A stretch of 64,000 nt of DNA from assembly GCA_963674735.2 (NCBI GenBank), contig CAXXQS010000002.1:1824001-1888000 (forward strand), read 5' to 3'. Of this stretch, positions 36,766 to 46,548 are shown piece after piece (position 1 is the stretch's first letter; each line of letters opens with the position of its first letter). Source of the stretch: Myxococcota bacterium (lineage in GTDB: Bacteria > Myxococcota_A > SURF-8). The translations under genes were made by a program, and so were the position numbers. Under the pieces are notes generated by a model, which searched no databases, was not told the origin of the DNA, and saw only the letters and a list, made by a program, of their open reading frames with translations.

Positions 36766-37649
36766 ACCGCCCGCTCCCGTCGCAGGAGGAAGGCTAACAG
36801 CGCTTCGGCCGGGGGACGGTCGCTGCGCGCCAGGACGTAATCGATACCGCCGCTCAAGCAGCGCGTGCGCAGGTCGTCCACGAAGGCACCGAAGACGCGG
36901 CGGTATTCGGCGGCGATAGCCACCGGATCGGCCAGCACCTTGGTGTCGGATTCCATATCCTCGAACTGGGACAGGTGCTCGAAGGGGAAGTCCAGCTCGT
37001 CGCCGTGCAGCACGTGAAAAAGAACCACGTCGTTTTTGCGTGTCTTGAGACGCGCCAGCAGACGTAAAACTTCGGGTTGCGTGTCGAAAAAATCGGAAAA
37101 CACCACCACCAGGTTCCGGCCTTGCAGGCGTTCGGCGGTCTGTTCGACGGCGGCCGCCAGATCGGTGCCGCCTTCCGCTTCGCTACGAACGAGGGCTTCG
37201 GCCAGTTCGTTGAAGTGGCTGGTTTTGGCGCGCGGCGGAACGAACAAATCGATGCGTTCACGAAAGACCGACAAACCGGGGGCGTCCTGCTGGCGCAAGA
37301 GCAGATAGGCGAAGGCGGCGGCCAGGGTGCGCGCGTGGGCCAGCTTCTGTTCCTCGCCGTCGCCGTAAGCCATGGAAGTCGAGGCGTCGAGCAGCAGGGC
37401 GCAGCGCAGGTTGGTTTCGTCTTCGAATTTTTTGACGTAGTAGCGGTCGAGACGCCCGTAAGCCTTCCAGTCGATGTGGCGCACTTCGTCGCCGGGGGCG
37501 TACTCCTTGTGTTCGGCAAATTCGATGGAGGAGCCGTGGTGCGGGCTTTTGTGCAGGCCGGTCAGCACGCCGTCCACCACCGCGCGGGCGCGGACGCTCA
37601 GGTTGCCGATTTTAGCCAGCAGATCGGGATCGAGCAGTCGAGTGGCCAT
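36762..37649 (-). CDS. DUF58 family protein
   Basis: G.H.S...G.SIEF.EH.EY.PGD..R.IDWK, DASTSM and SDF. Start set at MATRLL. Confidence 0.92.
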   Translation of the reverse strand: MATRLLDPDLLAKIGNLSVRARAVVDGVLTGLHKSPHHGSSIEFAEHKEYAPGDEVRHIDWKAYGRLDRYYVKKFEDETNLRCALLLDASTSMAYGDGEEQKLAHARTLAAAFAYLLLRQQDAPGLSVFRERIDLFVPPRAKTSHFNELAEALVRSEAEGGTDLAAAVEQTAERLQGRNLVVVFSDFFDTQPEVLRLLARLKTRKNDVVLFHVLHGDELDFPFEHLSQFEDMESDTKVLADPVAIAAEYRRVFGAFVDDLRTRCLSGGIDYVLARSDRPPAEALLAFLLRRERAV

Positions 37650-37666
37650 GGTTCGCCGTCGGTTCC

Positions 37667-38698
37667 TCAGCCGTTTGCGGCGTCGAGGGTGTCGAGCAGG
37701 CGACGTATGATGTCGGGCGTCTCCACTCCTTCCGCCTCGGCGTGGAAGTTTTTGATGATGCGGTGTTGCAGCACCGGCGCGGCCAGGGCGCGGATGTCGT
37801 CGATACCGGCGTGCAGGCGACCCTGCAGAACGGCGCGCGCTTTGGCCCCCAAAATGAGATTCTGTCCGGCGCGGGGTCCGGCTCCCCACTGCACCCACTG
37901 GCGCACGAAGTCGGGTGCTCCCGGCTCGTTGGGGCGTGTGGCGCGGGCGAGATCCACCGCGTAACGGATGACGTTGTCGGCTACCGGAACGCGCAGCACC
38001 AGGTCTTGCAGTTCGCGGATCTGCGCGGGATCGAGCACTTTTTCAAGGGAGGGCTTCAAGTCGCCGGTGGTGGCGCGCACGATGGCCCGCTCTTCCTCGG
38101 CGCTGGGGTAATCGACCCCGATCATGAACATGAAGCGATCAAGCTGGGCTTCGGGCAGTGGGTAGGTGCCCTCCTGCTCGATGGGGTTTTGGGTGGCGAA
38201 GACCAGAAAGGGCAGGTCGAGCGGGAAGGTGCGCCCTCCGGCGGTGACCTGGTATTCCTGCATGGCCTGCAACAGCGCCGCCTGTGTTTTGGGCGGAGTG
38301 CGGTTGATTTCGTCGGCCAGCAGAATATTGCAGAAAATAGGCCCTTTGATGAAATGGAAGAAACGTTTGCCGCTATCGCGGTCGCGTTGCAGGATGTCGG
38401 TGCCCGAAATGTCGGAGGGCATCAGGTCGGGCGTGAACTGAATGCGGTTGAACGACAGGTCGAGCACGCTGGCCAGGGTGCTGATCAAAAGCGTTTTGGC
38501 CAGGCCGGGAACCCCGACGAACAGGCCGTGTCCGCGCGCGAACAGAGCGATCAGCAGTTGATCGACCACCTGCTCCTGCCCCACGATGACCTTGGCCACT
38601 TCCTGCTTGATACGGCGATAGGCAGAGGCCAGCGCTTCGGCGGCTTGCAGATCGCGTTCATCCTGCGGCGCGACGGCCGCGCGTTCATCCCGATTCAT
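37667..38698 (-). CDS. moxR: MoxR-family AAA+ ATPase
   Basis: [39 protein letters not shown] and [22 protein letters not shown]. Confidence 0.96.
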   Translation of the reverse strand: MNRDERAAVAPQDERDLQAAEALASAYRRIKQEVAKVIVGQEQVVDQLLIALFARGHGLFVGVPGLAKTLLISTLASVLDLSFNRIQFTPDLMPSDISGTDILQRDRDSGKRFFHFIKGPIFCNILLADEINRTPPKTQAALLQAMQEYQVTAGGRTFPLDLPFLVFATQNPIEQEGTYPLPEAQLDRFMFMIGVDYPSAEEERAIVRATTGDLKPSLEKVLDPAQIRELQDLVLRVPVADNVIRYAVDLARATRPNEPGAPDFVRQWVQWGAGPRAGQNLILGAKARAVLQGRLHAGIDDIRALAAPVLQHRIIKNFHAEAEGVETPDIIRRLLDTLDAANG

Positions 38699-38833
38699 CG
38701 ATCACCTTTCCCTTGCCGGTCTATTCGCGTGCGGCATTCCGCCGCGCATGGGTGTCAGAAACTAGAACCGTTTGAGACGCCGTTTTCTTCCCGATTCACG
38801 GGGACGCGTCCGCTTGAAACCGTCGACGGGACG

Positions 38834-38861
38834 AAAAAGGCGGACCCCGATCGGGTCCGCC
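38834..38861 (-). terminator. Rho-independent terminator after the 1602-aa gene
   Basis: Stem GGCGGACCC/GGGTCCGCC followed by TTTTT on the minus strand. Confidence 0.8.
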
Positions 38862-38882
38862 TGCTTTCCCGTCGTTTCGGGT

Positions 38883-41800
38883 TTAACGGCTTGGCGGCGG
38901 CGGCGCGATGTGAATCATCAGCTTGATGTCTTCCTTGTCGGAGCTGCTTTGCTTATACAGATTCACGACATAGGAACTCACCAGCGAGGTTGTGCCACCC
39001 ACCAGCGCCTGGGCGGGATAATAACCGTAGCTGCTGCCGTATTCGTCGCTTTCCATTTCCAGGATCGCCGTTTTGTCGGTGTCGAGGCAGTCTTCCGCCG
39101 AACAGATGGCCGAGTAGTACATCATCTTGGCTTCGGTTTGATCCTGGTAGACGATGCGCAGACCGTCGGAAGCCATGATGGCGTTGTTGTCGGCGCCCAG
39201 CCAGACCTGGTAGTCGTTGCTCTGGGGATCGGTGCGCCAGCCGTCGTCGGCGGTGTGCAAACGCAGTCCCGCACCGTAATCGTACACGAACTGCAGCTGG
39301 TTGAGGGTGGCGTTGTAGAAGGAGACCGCCCACCAGCCGTTGGACGGAATCACCGCGCCCGAGTTGAAGAAGCCCGTGTCGCCGGTGACCAGCGTCGAGG
39401 CCGTGCCGACCAGCGTATCGATGGAGAAGGTGGCCGTAGCCAGCGTGGCCGGATCGGGAGCCCCGCCATCGAGGCGCGCGCGTTTGAGATTGCCCTGTTT
39501 CACGTTGTCGTTATAGGGCGAGCCGCCGTCGTCGGTCCCGGCCTGCTGGTAGCTGGTGTTGTGGTAGTAGACCAGCCACAGCGAGTCGTTGGGGAAGGTC
39601 ATGAGCGTCGAATTGTGACCCAGGCCGAAGGGGATGTCTTTGATTTCCGGGCAGTCGGCGGAGGGGCAATAGGCCGGGCCGATGGGCGCGGTATCGACGG
39701 TGGTGAGGACGAAGTCGCCGTCACCGGGATCGGCACTGTTGGCCATGGCCAGCTTCAGAGCGCTGGTATCGCCGGCTTCGTTGGCGGCGGTCATGTAGGA
39801 AATGATGGCGCGTCCCTGGCTATCGAGCTTCATGTCGATGTAGTAACCGGTATCGCCCACGGAGTCGACTACGATCTTGGTCCAGACGTAATCGCTCAGG
39901 CTTTCGCCTTCTTTGAAGCGTGTTGCTTCGCCTTCATCGTCCACATCGCCATCCACATCGCCGTCTTCGACCGGCCCGGTGGTTTCACCGTTGGTATAAA
40001 TGAACAGCAGGTCGCCGTTGTCCGCGTCCTGATAGGCGATACGCGGCCAGCCGTTGGCCGACATGGCGATGGCGGTGAACTTGCCGACGTTGTCGCCTTC
40101 TTCTTCGATGCCGCCGCGCGGACCGGAGGGCCCGGCGCTCGGCTCGCCTTCGGGCACGCCGTCGAGGTAGATCCATTCGATGTCGTTGAGGAATTCGATG
40201 TTGGTGCTGGAGGTGCTGCGGCCGACCATCAGATCGCCGTAGGTGTGATTGTAGGCCGACAGCCAGACATCCTGATTGTTATGCACGGCGATGTCGTTGT
40301 AGCGGCCGTAGAAACCGGGATCGAGCGGCGGCATTTCCTGACAGAAGCAGGATTCGTGACCGGCGGTGCCGGGGCCTTCGAACGAACAGGTTTCGTCTTT
40401 GAAATTGTCGCAGAGTTCCCAATCGGTAAACAACGGACAGTCGTCGTTTTCGGTGGGATCGCAACCGCCCGGCGCAAATCCCGGTTCGCAGGCCATACCT
40501 TCGCACCAACCGGGGCAGGTGAAACAATCGCCGGCGGGGTTGAGGGAGGTGCAGCACATGGCGCCATCGGCGCAACCGCCGTTGCAGATGTCGGGGCAGT
40601 AGCACTCACCGGTGGAGGACCGACACAGGGACGGTACGCCCAAGGTGGTGCAATCGAGGCAGGAGCAATCGGCGTCTTCGCCGCAGCGCGGTACTTCGCA
40701 GAAGAAGCCCGCCCCTTCCATGTTGCAGGCGGCGCAGGTGTCGTCGAGCTGCTCGATGCAAGTGGGGATGCTCAGGTTTTCGTTGTCACAATTCGGATCG
40801 CAGGCCTGCACCTGGCACATGCCGTCGAATCCGCAGAAATAGCAGTCGGGGCAGACGCCGTCGGGGCAGGGGATTTGTTCTTCCGGCTTGTCGCCGTCCA
40901 CTTCCTGGTCGCCATCGGGGTCGTCGCCGTCGGGGTCGTCACCGTCGAGATGGATATCGAAGTCGCCATCGATATCGCCGTCGGGGGCCGGGGCGCACTC
41001 GCCATTCATACAGATTTCACCCGCGCCGCAGTCGGCGTTTTTCACGCAGCCCACCGAGCCCGAGTCGCTGCAAGCGGAGACGGTCAGAGCCAGAACGGCG
41101 ATCAGCGAAAGCAGCGCGCCGCCGTTTAGGGATTTGCGTCGCAGGATCACGAGCGGCAGCAGCAGCAACAGCGCCAACCAACCCGCGCCCGAAGCGCCGG
41201 AGGCACAGCCGCTGGCCGCTTCCGGATCTGCGCCGTTGGCTTTGACCTTGCGGACCATGGCGACCGGTTCGGCCGCACCGTATGTGCGCGTTTCACGCGT
41301 GACGTTACCGAGGGTGTCTTGGACTTCCACGCTCACTTTGGCCGGGAAACTCGTCAGGGTGGCGAGATCCAGGCTGTCGCGACCGCTCCAGGTCGACCAG
41401 TCGCCGTCGTTGACGCGCATGCGATAGCGCAATTCAGCGGCGGTGGCCACGTTGTCGCTCGCTTTGAATGTCAGCGAATGGCCTTCGCGCATCAACCGCA
41501 GAGAGGGCGCGGTGAAGTCGGTCGTGAAAGGCACGATGGCCGGGGTCGTATCGACGATGCTCTTGTGGCGCATGTCGCGGGCGCGCACTTTGATTTCGTG
41601 GCGACCCTGCCACAGCAGGAAGTTATCGGTGATGACCGGCTGCCGGTTCTGGGTCCAGGGCGTCCAACCGTGGCGGTCGACCGCGAAGGAGTATTCCAGG
41701 TGGCGGTTGCCGTTGTCCATATCCAAACCATCCAGATCGAGGCGCACCCAGGGTTTCATGCCCTGTCGCAACTGTTGGATGTCGGGGACGAATTTTTCGA

Positions 41801-43691
41801 TGGCGCGCGCGCTGATGCGGGCGTCGAAAGGTTGGGTCATCATCAGGCTCTTTCGCATGTTTTGCAGATCGAGACCGGCGTAGATATACATGGCGAAGTA
41901 CTCGCTCGGTCCGCCCACGACTTTGGGCATTTCCGCCGCGATGTCGGCAATGTTGAGGTAGAGATCTTCCACATCGTCGCCGTTGATATCGAAGCCGGGG
42001 ATTTCGATCGGCTCGATCGGATCGAGGGGAATCTGTCCCAGCACGCCGCTGATCAGGCTTTCGACATTGGCCGCCACATCGTCCGGGTTTTCGCCGAGAA
42101 TCGAGTAGGTGACGCGGAAATTGGAAAGGGTGACGTTATTGAGACCGAAGAGAATTTCGATCATGTTGTCGTCGGCGTTGATTCCGGCGAGCACTTCGAC
42201 GTCGACCACCAAGGTGAAGGTGCGCACATAGCGTTCTTCCACCAAGCCGTAGATGTTCATTTTGAGATCGTCGATCAACACCTTCAACGCGATGTCGGCG
42301 GTGACACCGTCGCCGAAGAGCGCATCCTCGCCGGTATATTCATCGGGTTCCAGAATGGCGAAGTCGATGGGCGAACTGGGCTCCAGTTTGAGGATCGTGG
42401 GGACGTTCTCGTTGTGCGTCAGTTTCTTGATCGAGGGCAGCAGCAGGGCGAAGTTCGAAAGGGAAATGTACGACCCGAAGTCGGGCAGGCTGCTGTCGAG
42501 GGCCAAACAAAGCAGGCCGGAATTGTGCACGGTGTAACCCGCCTGATCGAGGAATTCCTCGCGGATGCCGATTCCGGCGTGGTACGCGGTGTCGGCCATC
42601 GTGGTGGGTTCGATGCGGCCGAGCTGGGTGGTGGTCCAGTAGACTTTCTCGGTGCAGGGATCGGGAGAATCGGGCGGGTTCATGGTGCCGCCGAAGACGC
42701 CCAATTCGTAGCCCCAGTTACCCGCGCCCTGGGCGATGACCTGCGGCGTGCTGCCGCCCGCCAACAGCGAGGCCCAGATTCGGGCTTCGAGGTTCGGGAC
42801 GATGTCGCCGATGAGCGCGCCGGCATCGATTTCGGCTTCGAGGCCCAGCGGCGTCAACACACAGCGCTGGTCGCCGTGGTCGGGGGCGCGGCAGATGTCG
42901 CGCTCGGTGCAGCTCGAATTCCCCGGGCAGGGTTTGTCGGTGCACTTGACGCACTTGAGATCCTCGACGATTTCGGTCAGCATGCCGTTGATCGTATCGG
43001 CCAGGAGTCCGCCGAAGAGGTCCAGGATGCCCTGGATGACGTTGTTGGCAATTTGGGTGAGACAGCCCGAGAAGGCCAGCTGATCCACGACGGAATCCAC
43101 GTCGATGGGTTGGACGATGAAGTCCACCTGGCGGGTATCGGGGTCGGTATTGGCCAGAATCTGCGCTTCGATACGCAGACCGCGTCCGAACTGATCCTGG
43201 TTGATGGCGAAGATTTCCAGTGTGCAGATCGGCAGGGTGAACAGCGTAACCGGGATGCGCACCTTGAAATCGGCGGGCAGCCAGACGTAAGCGTCGATGG
43301 CGCTGCTGCTCTGACCCGCTTCGGGCGGCACCGGCTGGATCAGCATGTCGGCGATTTCCAGCTCGATCGTGCAGCCGCCGGGACAAACGCCGGTTCCGAT
43401 CACCGTTGATTCGGGAATCTCGAAGACGAGCTGGTCACCGGCGAGGGCGTCGATCAGACCGGCGCCGTTGGCGCTGAAGTAATCGAATCCGGCCTTGGTG
43501 ATGCGTGCGCGGGCGAGATTGTTGACTTTCTCGTAAAGGGGATATTCGCCCAGTTCCAAGGTACGGAAGCCATCACCCAGGCAGCCGTCTTCGCAGCCGA
43601 GATCCATCCCATCGCAGGAAATCATCTTGAATCCCAGGATGATCATTAAAATCCCGAACATGACCAATCGCTTTGGAGTGAGAGTTCTCAT
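38883..43691 (-). CDS. Large surface protein with an internal MYXO-CTERM-like signal plus an internal lipoprotein signal peptide
   Basis: 1602-aa ORF with AAGGAG RBS; N-terminal signal ending ISC; mid-protein SGC...WLALLLLLPLVILRRK-SLNGG-ALLSLIAVLALTVSAC; Cys-rich and DGD regions; C-terminal beta-propeller-like repeats. Confidence 0.8.
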   Translation of the reverse strand: MRTLTPKRLVMFGILMIILGFKMISCDGMDLGCEDGCLGDGFRTLELGEYPLYEKVNNLARARITKAGFDYFSANGAGLIDALAGDQLVFEIPESTVIGTGVCPGGCTIELEIADMLIQPVPPEAGQSSSAIDAYVWLPADFKVRIPVTLFTLPICTLEIFAINQDQFGRGLRIEAQILANTDPDTRQVDFIVQPIDVDSVVDQLAFSGCLTQIANNVIQGILDLFGGLLADTINGMLTEIVEDLKCVKCTDKPCPGNSSCTERDICRAPDHGDQRCVLTPLGLEAEIDAGALIGDIVPNLEARIWASLLAGGSTPQVIAQGAGNWGYELGVFGGTMNPPDSPDPCTEKVYWTTTQLGRIEPTTMADTAYHAGIGIREEFLDQAGYTVHNSGLLCLALDSSLPDFGSYISLSNFALLLPSIKKLTHNENVPTILKLEPSSPIDFAILEPDEYTGEDALFGDGVTADIALKVLIDDLKMNIYGLVEERYVRTFTLVVDVEVLAGINADDNMIEILFGLNNVTLSNFRVTYSILGENPDDVAANVESLISGVLGQIPLDPIEPIEIPGFDINGDDVEDLYLNIADIAAEMPKVVGGPSEYFAMYIYAGLDLQNMRKSLMMTQPFDARISARAIEKFVPDIQQLRQGMKPWVRLDLDGLDMDNGNRHLEYSFAVDRHGWTPWTQNRQPVITDNFLLWQGRHEIKVRARDMRHKSIVDTTPAIVPFTTDFTAPSLRLMREGHSLTFKASDNVATAAELRYRMRVNDGDWSTWSGRDSLDLATLTSFPAKVSVEVQDTLGNVTRETRTYGAAEPVAMVRKVKANGADPEAASGCASGASGAGWLALLLLLPLVILRRKSLNGGALLSLIAVLALTVSACSDSGSVGCVKNADCGAGEICMNGECAPAPDGDIDGDFDIHLDGDDPDGDDPDGDQEVDGDKPEEQIPCPDGVCPDCYFCGFDGMCQVQACDPNCDNENLSIPTCIEQLDDTCAACNMEGAGFFCEVPRCGEDADCSCLDCTTLGVPSLCRSSTGECYCPDICNGGCADGAMCCTSLNPAGDCFTCPGWCEGMACEPGFAPGGCDPTENDDCPLFTDWELCDNFKDETCSFEGPGTAGHESCFCQEMPPLDPGFYGRYNDIAVHNNQDVWLSAYNHTYGDLMVGRSTSSTNIEFLNDIEWIYLDGVPEGEPSAGPSGPRGGIEEEGDNVGKFTAIAMSANGWPRIAYQDADNGDLLFIYTNGETTGPVEDGDVDGDVDDEGEATRFKEGESLSDYVWTKIVVDSVGDTGYYIDMKLDSQGRAIISYMTAANEAGDTSALKLAMANSADPGDGDFVLTTVDTAPIGPAYCPSADCPEIKDIPFGLGHNSTLMTFPNDSLWLVYYHNTSYQQAGTDDGGSPYNDNVKQGNLKRARLDGGAPDPATLATATFSIDTLVGTASTLVTGDTGFFNSGAVIPSNGWWAVSFYNATLNQLQFVYDYGAGLRLHTADDGWRTDPQSNDYQVWLGADNNAIMASDGLRIVYQDQTEAKMMYYSAICSAEDCLDTDKTAILEMESDEYGSSYGYYPAQALVGGTTSLVSSYVVNLYKQSSSDKEDIKLMIHIAPPPPSR

Positions 43692-43906
43692 CGGCTACTC
43701 CTTGTTTTATGCCACCGACTTCGCGGTCGCCGATCCAATCTATGTGTTTCGAAACGGGTTTTGCTATTCATTTGCGGTTCCCGACTTTCCGTACTTCGCA
43801 CGCATCGTGCGAGCCCGGTGGAGCCGTGTTGATTACTGCTTCCATGGCGAGAAACATTCAGGTCTTATCTTTATAAATCTACACCAAAGTATCGGAAAAT
43901 GGCAAA

Positions 43907-44557
43907 TTAATCGAAGATGAAAGCCTTGACGCCCGGACGGCTGTTGATGGCCTTGATCAGTCGAGCGGCCAGTTTCTTTGCGGCCTTGCCCAGGGCTTTG
44001 GTTCCGGCGGCTTTTTCATTTGCATGAACGGCGTCGGCGTCTTCCGAGCCGGAAGCGACGATCTCGGCTGTTTTGGTGTTGACCACGCGCAGGGACACGG
44101 CGGCGTGGGCCGAAACCAGCGAGGAGCCTGACACCAATGTTCCGGTGGTGGCGATGGCACGGCCGACGACGATGAAGTCGGCCTTGTAAAGCTGTCCGAC
44201 CTGCCCGGCCTGCCGATTATCGGGAGAAATGGTTTGGAGGGGCTTTTCCACGGTGATGGTTGGGGTCAGTGCCTGGTGATCGACGACCGTGAAGCCGCGC
44301 CTGCGAAACGCCTCGGCGAAGGTGTTCTCCACCAGTCCCAGTTCGATGGCGTTGCTGCGGGGGCCGCTCGTGACCCACCAGGCCTGGATCGGGGTGTCGA
44401 TCAGTTGTTCGGCGATCAACAACAAGAAGACGGGCGGGTGTGCGCTGTTTGGCTTCGGTGTTTCCTCACTCCAAACAGCAGACGTGCAGGTTACGAGGAA
44501 AACCAAAAGAATTCCGGATGTTAGGACTTTAATACCGGATCGCACTCGCATCCCCAT
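43907..44557 (-). CDS. Exported protein, CsgG/FlgT-like alpha/beta domain
   Basis: Signal peptide; F...GF.VVD, ADFIVVG and LRVVNTKTAEIVAS pattern. Confidence 0.55.
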   Translation of the reverse strand: MGMRVRSGIKVLTSGILLVFLVTCTSAVWSEETPKPNSAHPPVFLLLIAEQLIDTPIQAWWVTSGPRSNAIELGLVENTFAEAFRRRGFTVVDHQALTPTITVEKPLQTISPDNRQAGQVGQLYKADFIVVGRAIATTGTLVSGSSLVSAHAAVSLRVVNTKTAEIVASGSEDADAVHANEKAAGTKALGKAAKKLAARLIKAINSRPGVKAFIFD

Positions 44558-44695
44558 GCTCCTTTGCCGTTGAGCGGCGCTTCAGGTGCGCCTTGGTTTG
44601 TGAGTTGGACCCAAGTATCGGGGGAAATATTTAAAAAATCAAGACAAATGCCCGAAAGACGGACTTTGGGGAGGGACGAGTTGGAGAGACGCCTT

Positions 44696-45160
44696 TCATA
44701 GGGTGTCGGTTTCAGCGTTGAACAGAGTCCCCGTGTCGAGAATCTGCCAGTCGGAGGCCACCGATTGGATCCATTCTTCCTTGCTGGGAACCGGATGCTC
44801 GACAATCTTTTCCCAGGCCGTCAACATGGTCGCGATGTCGTCGCTTTCCGTGGTATCCAAACTGGCCCAAAAACGTTCGGCGGCACTGCTCTCAATGTTG
44901 ATTTCTTCATTGATATCAGGTGGATCGGTGTCGATAAACAGAGTTGCCAGTGCCAGTAGAAGCGCCAGTGCGCCCAAGCTGGCCCACACCCGCCAAGCGA
45001 AGCCGCGTTGCGGAACTTCCGCCTTCACCTGTTGCAGGCTCATCCAGGCCGCATCGGCTTCGGCTTGCAGCCGCCCGCGTTCGATATGGGGAGGCATGGT
45101 GTCGAAATAACGTTTTATTTCAGTATTATAGGCTGTTTTTTTTGTGTCGGTTTCAGGCAT
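44696..45160 (-). CDS. Putative anti-sigma factor (single TM)
   Basis: Start MPETD overlaps the ECF sigma stop, GGAGG RBS, one central TM helix. Confidence 0.6.
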   Translation of the reverse strand: MPETDTKKTAYNTEIKRYFDTMPPHIERGRLQAEADAAWMSLQQVKAEVPQRGFAWRVWASLGALALLLALATLFIDTDPPDINEEINIESSAAERFWASLDTTESDDIATMLTAWEKIVEHPVPSKEEWIQSVASDWQILDTGTLFNAETDTL

Positions 45161-45704
45161 GTTCTTCCTCCAACCCGGCAGCCAGTTTCTTGCGGATCCG
45201 ATGGATGGCAACCCGGATCGCGCCCGTTTTGCGTCCGAGGATGTCGGCCATCTCCTGGTAAGTCAGATCTTCCTGGACGTGCAGGCGTATCATTTCGCGT
45301 TCGTCTGCGGAAAGGTGTTCCATCGCTCTTGCCACACGTCGCAATCCTTCGTCGGCAATCAGAGCGTACTCGGGGCCCTGATCGTCTGCGCGTTCCTGAT
45401 CGCCCAGGGGTTGTTCGTCGCGGCGTTTGCGTTGCCGCCACTGGTCCAAAGCCGTATTGCGGGCGATCCGGATGAGCCAACCTTTGATGGAACCTCGCCC
45501 GCCATAACCGGCCTCCGATTGGATCGCTTTCAAAAAGGCCTGCTGGACGATATCCCAGGCCGTTTCTTCGTTATGTGTCACTTGCCAGGCCGCCCGATGC
45601 ATCGATGGTGCATATTCGCTGTAGAGCGCATTGAACGACTCCCGATTGTTGCGCGCTTGGCGCCAGCGGTCGTGCTCGGCTGTATGATCACGTGTTGTGG
45701 CCAT
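45153..45704 (-). CDS. ECF-type RNA polymerase sigma factor
   Basis: AWDIVQQAFLK, WLIRIARN..LD (region 2) and LTYQEMADILG...GAIRVAIHR (region 4). Confidence 0.93.
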   Translation of the reverse strand: MATTRDHTAEHDRWRQARNNRESFNALYSEYAPSMHRAAWQVTHNEETAWDIVQQAFLKAIQSEAGYGGRGSIKGWLIRIARNTALDQWRQRKRRDEQPLGDQERADDQGPEYALIADEGLRRVARAMEHLSADEREMIRLHVQEDLTYQEMADILGRKTGAIRVAIHRIRKKLAAGLEEEHA

Positions 45705-45724
45705 CACGATCCTTTCACTGACAA

Positions 45725-45751
45725 AGACGTCCGCCACAGGAAGGTGTTACA
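45725..45751 (-). promoter_or_regulatory. ECF-type promoter, probably autoregulatory
   Basis: Minus strand TGTAAC-N16-CGTCT just upstream of the sigma gene RBS; matches the AAC/CGT pattern of ECF promoters. Confidence 0.65.
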
Positions 45752-46081
45752 AACTGGATGGATGTTGCGCGTTGTCCGGTGCATCCGTTTTTCTGGAGAA
45801 CCGGCTTCGAAGAAGAGTTGGGATGCCCGGAGGTGACGATCGAGTCGTGTCAAAACGGCGACAGTGTGGCGCAAATATTTCGCCTGTTTTGCCGGTTCGC
45901 CGATGTTTTTGCGTTTGCGAAAAGAACGGGTATAGGTGTTAATCGTCCGTTATCACTAGCCTATATTTGTTTTCAGAAACAATGGTTTGAATGTTGCATA
46001 CAATTACGAGCCATTTTAATTGAAGATCGCTTCATCCAAACCGATCTTACTGAGTAGGCAGCAACTTGAGGAGTATGAAAC

Positions 46082-46522
46082 ATGAGTTTGAGCCGAAAAA
46101 CAACGATGAAAATCTGGAGACGATCTCTGGCCACCATGATGCTGATCGCTGTGGCGGCTATCGGATATACGATCTACCATATGCAATCGGATCCGGAACT
46201 GCCCCCCGAAATGATTCTGCCGCTTCTTCAGGCCAAGCAAGGACCCAACGCGACGGAATTGCTGATGCAGAATTTCTCTGAAGCCTGGACCTTGAGTGAA
46301 GACTATCTCCTGGCTACCAGCACCCCCGAACTCAGGCAAATCGAACAGGAATTCGATCGTCGCATCAGCGCAATCGACCATGAACTCGATCGACTGCAGA
46401 CCGTTGAAGACGCCGGGGTGGAGATTCTGGTGGGCAACCTTCTACGGCTGAAAAACGATTTCAGCCGCGATGCCAAAACCAGTTTCGTTTTACACCGTCA
46501 GTCTCTCGGTCTGGAAAGTTGA
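46082..46522 (+). CDS. Hypothetical protein, one N-terminal TM plus a helical domain
   Basis: ORF with a hydrophobic N-terminal segment; start may be 46082 or 46106. Confidence 0.55.
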   Translation: MSLSRKTTMKIWRRSLATMMLIAVAAIGYTIYHMQSDPELPPEMILPLLQAKQGPNATELLMQNFSEAWTLSEDYLLATSTPELRQIEQEFDRRISAIDHELDRLQTVEDAGVEILVGNLLRLKNDFSRDAKTSFVLHRQSLGLES

Positions 46523-46548
46523 CGGCTTGTGAGCCCCGGCCATCTCGC

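Noticed and set aside
38772-43409. Long plus-strand ORFs (785 aa and 696 aa)
   Set aside because: Antisense to the 1602-aa gene, with no motifs of their own.
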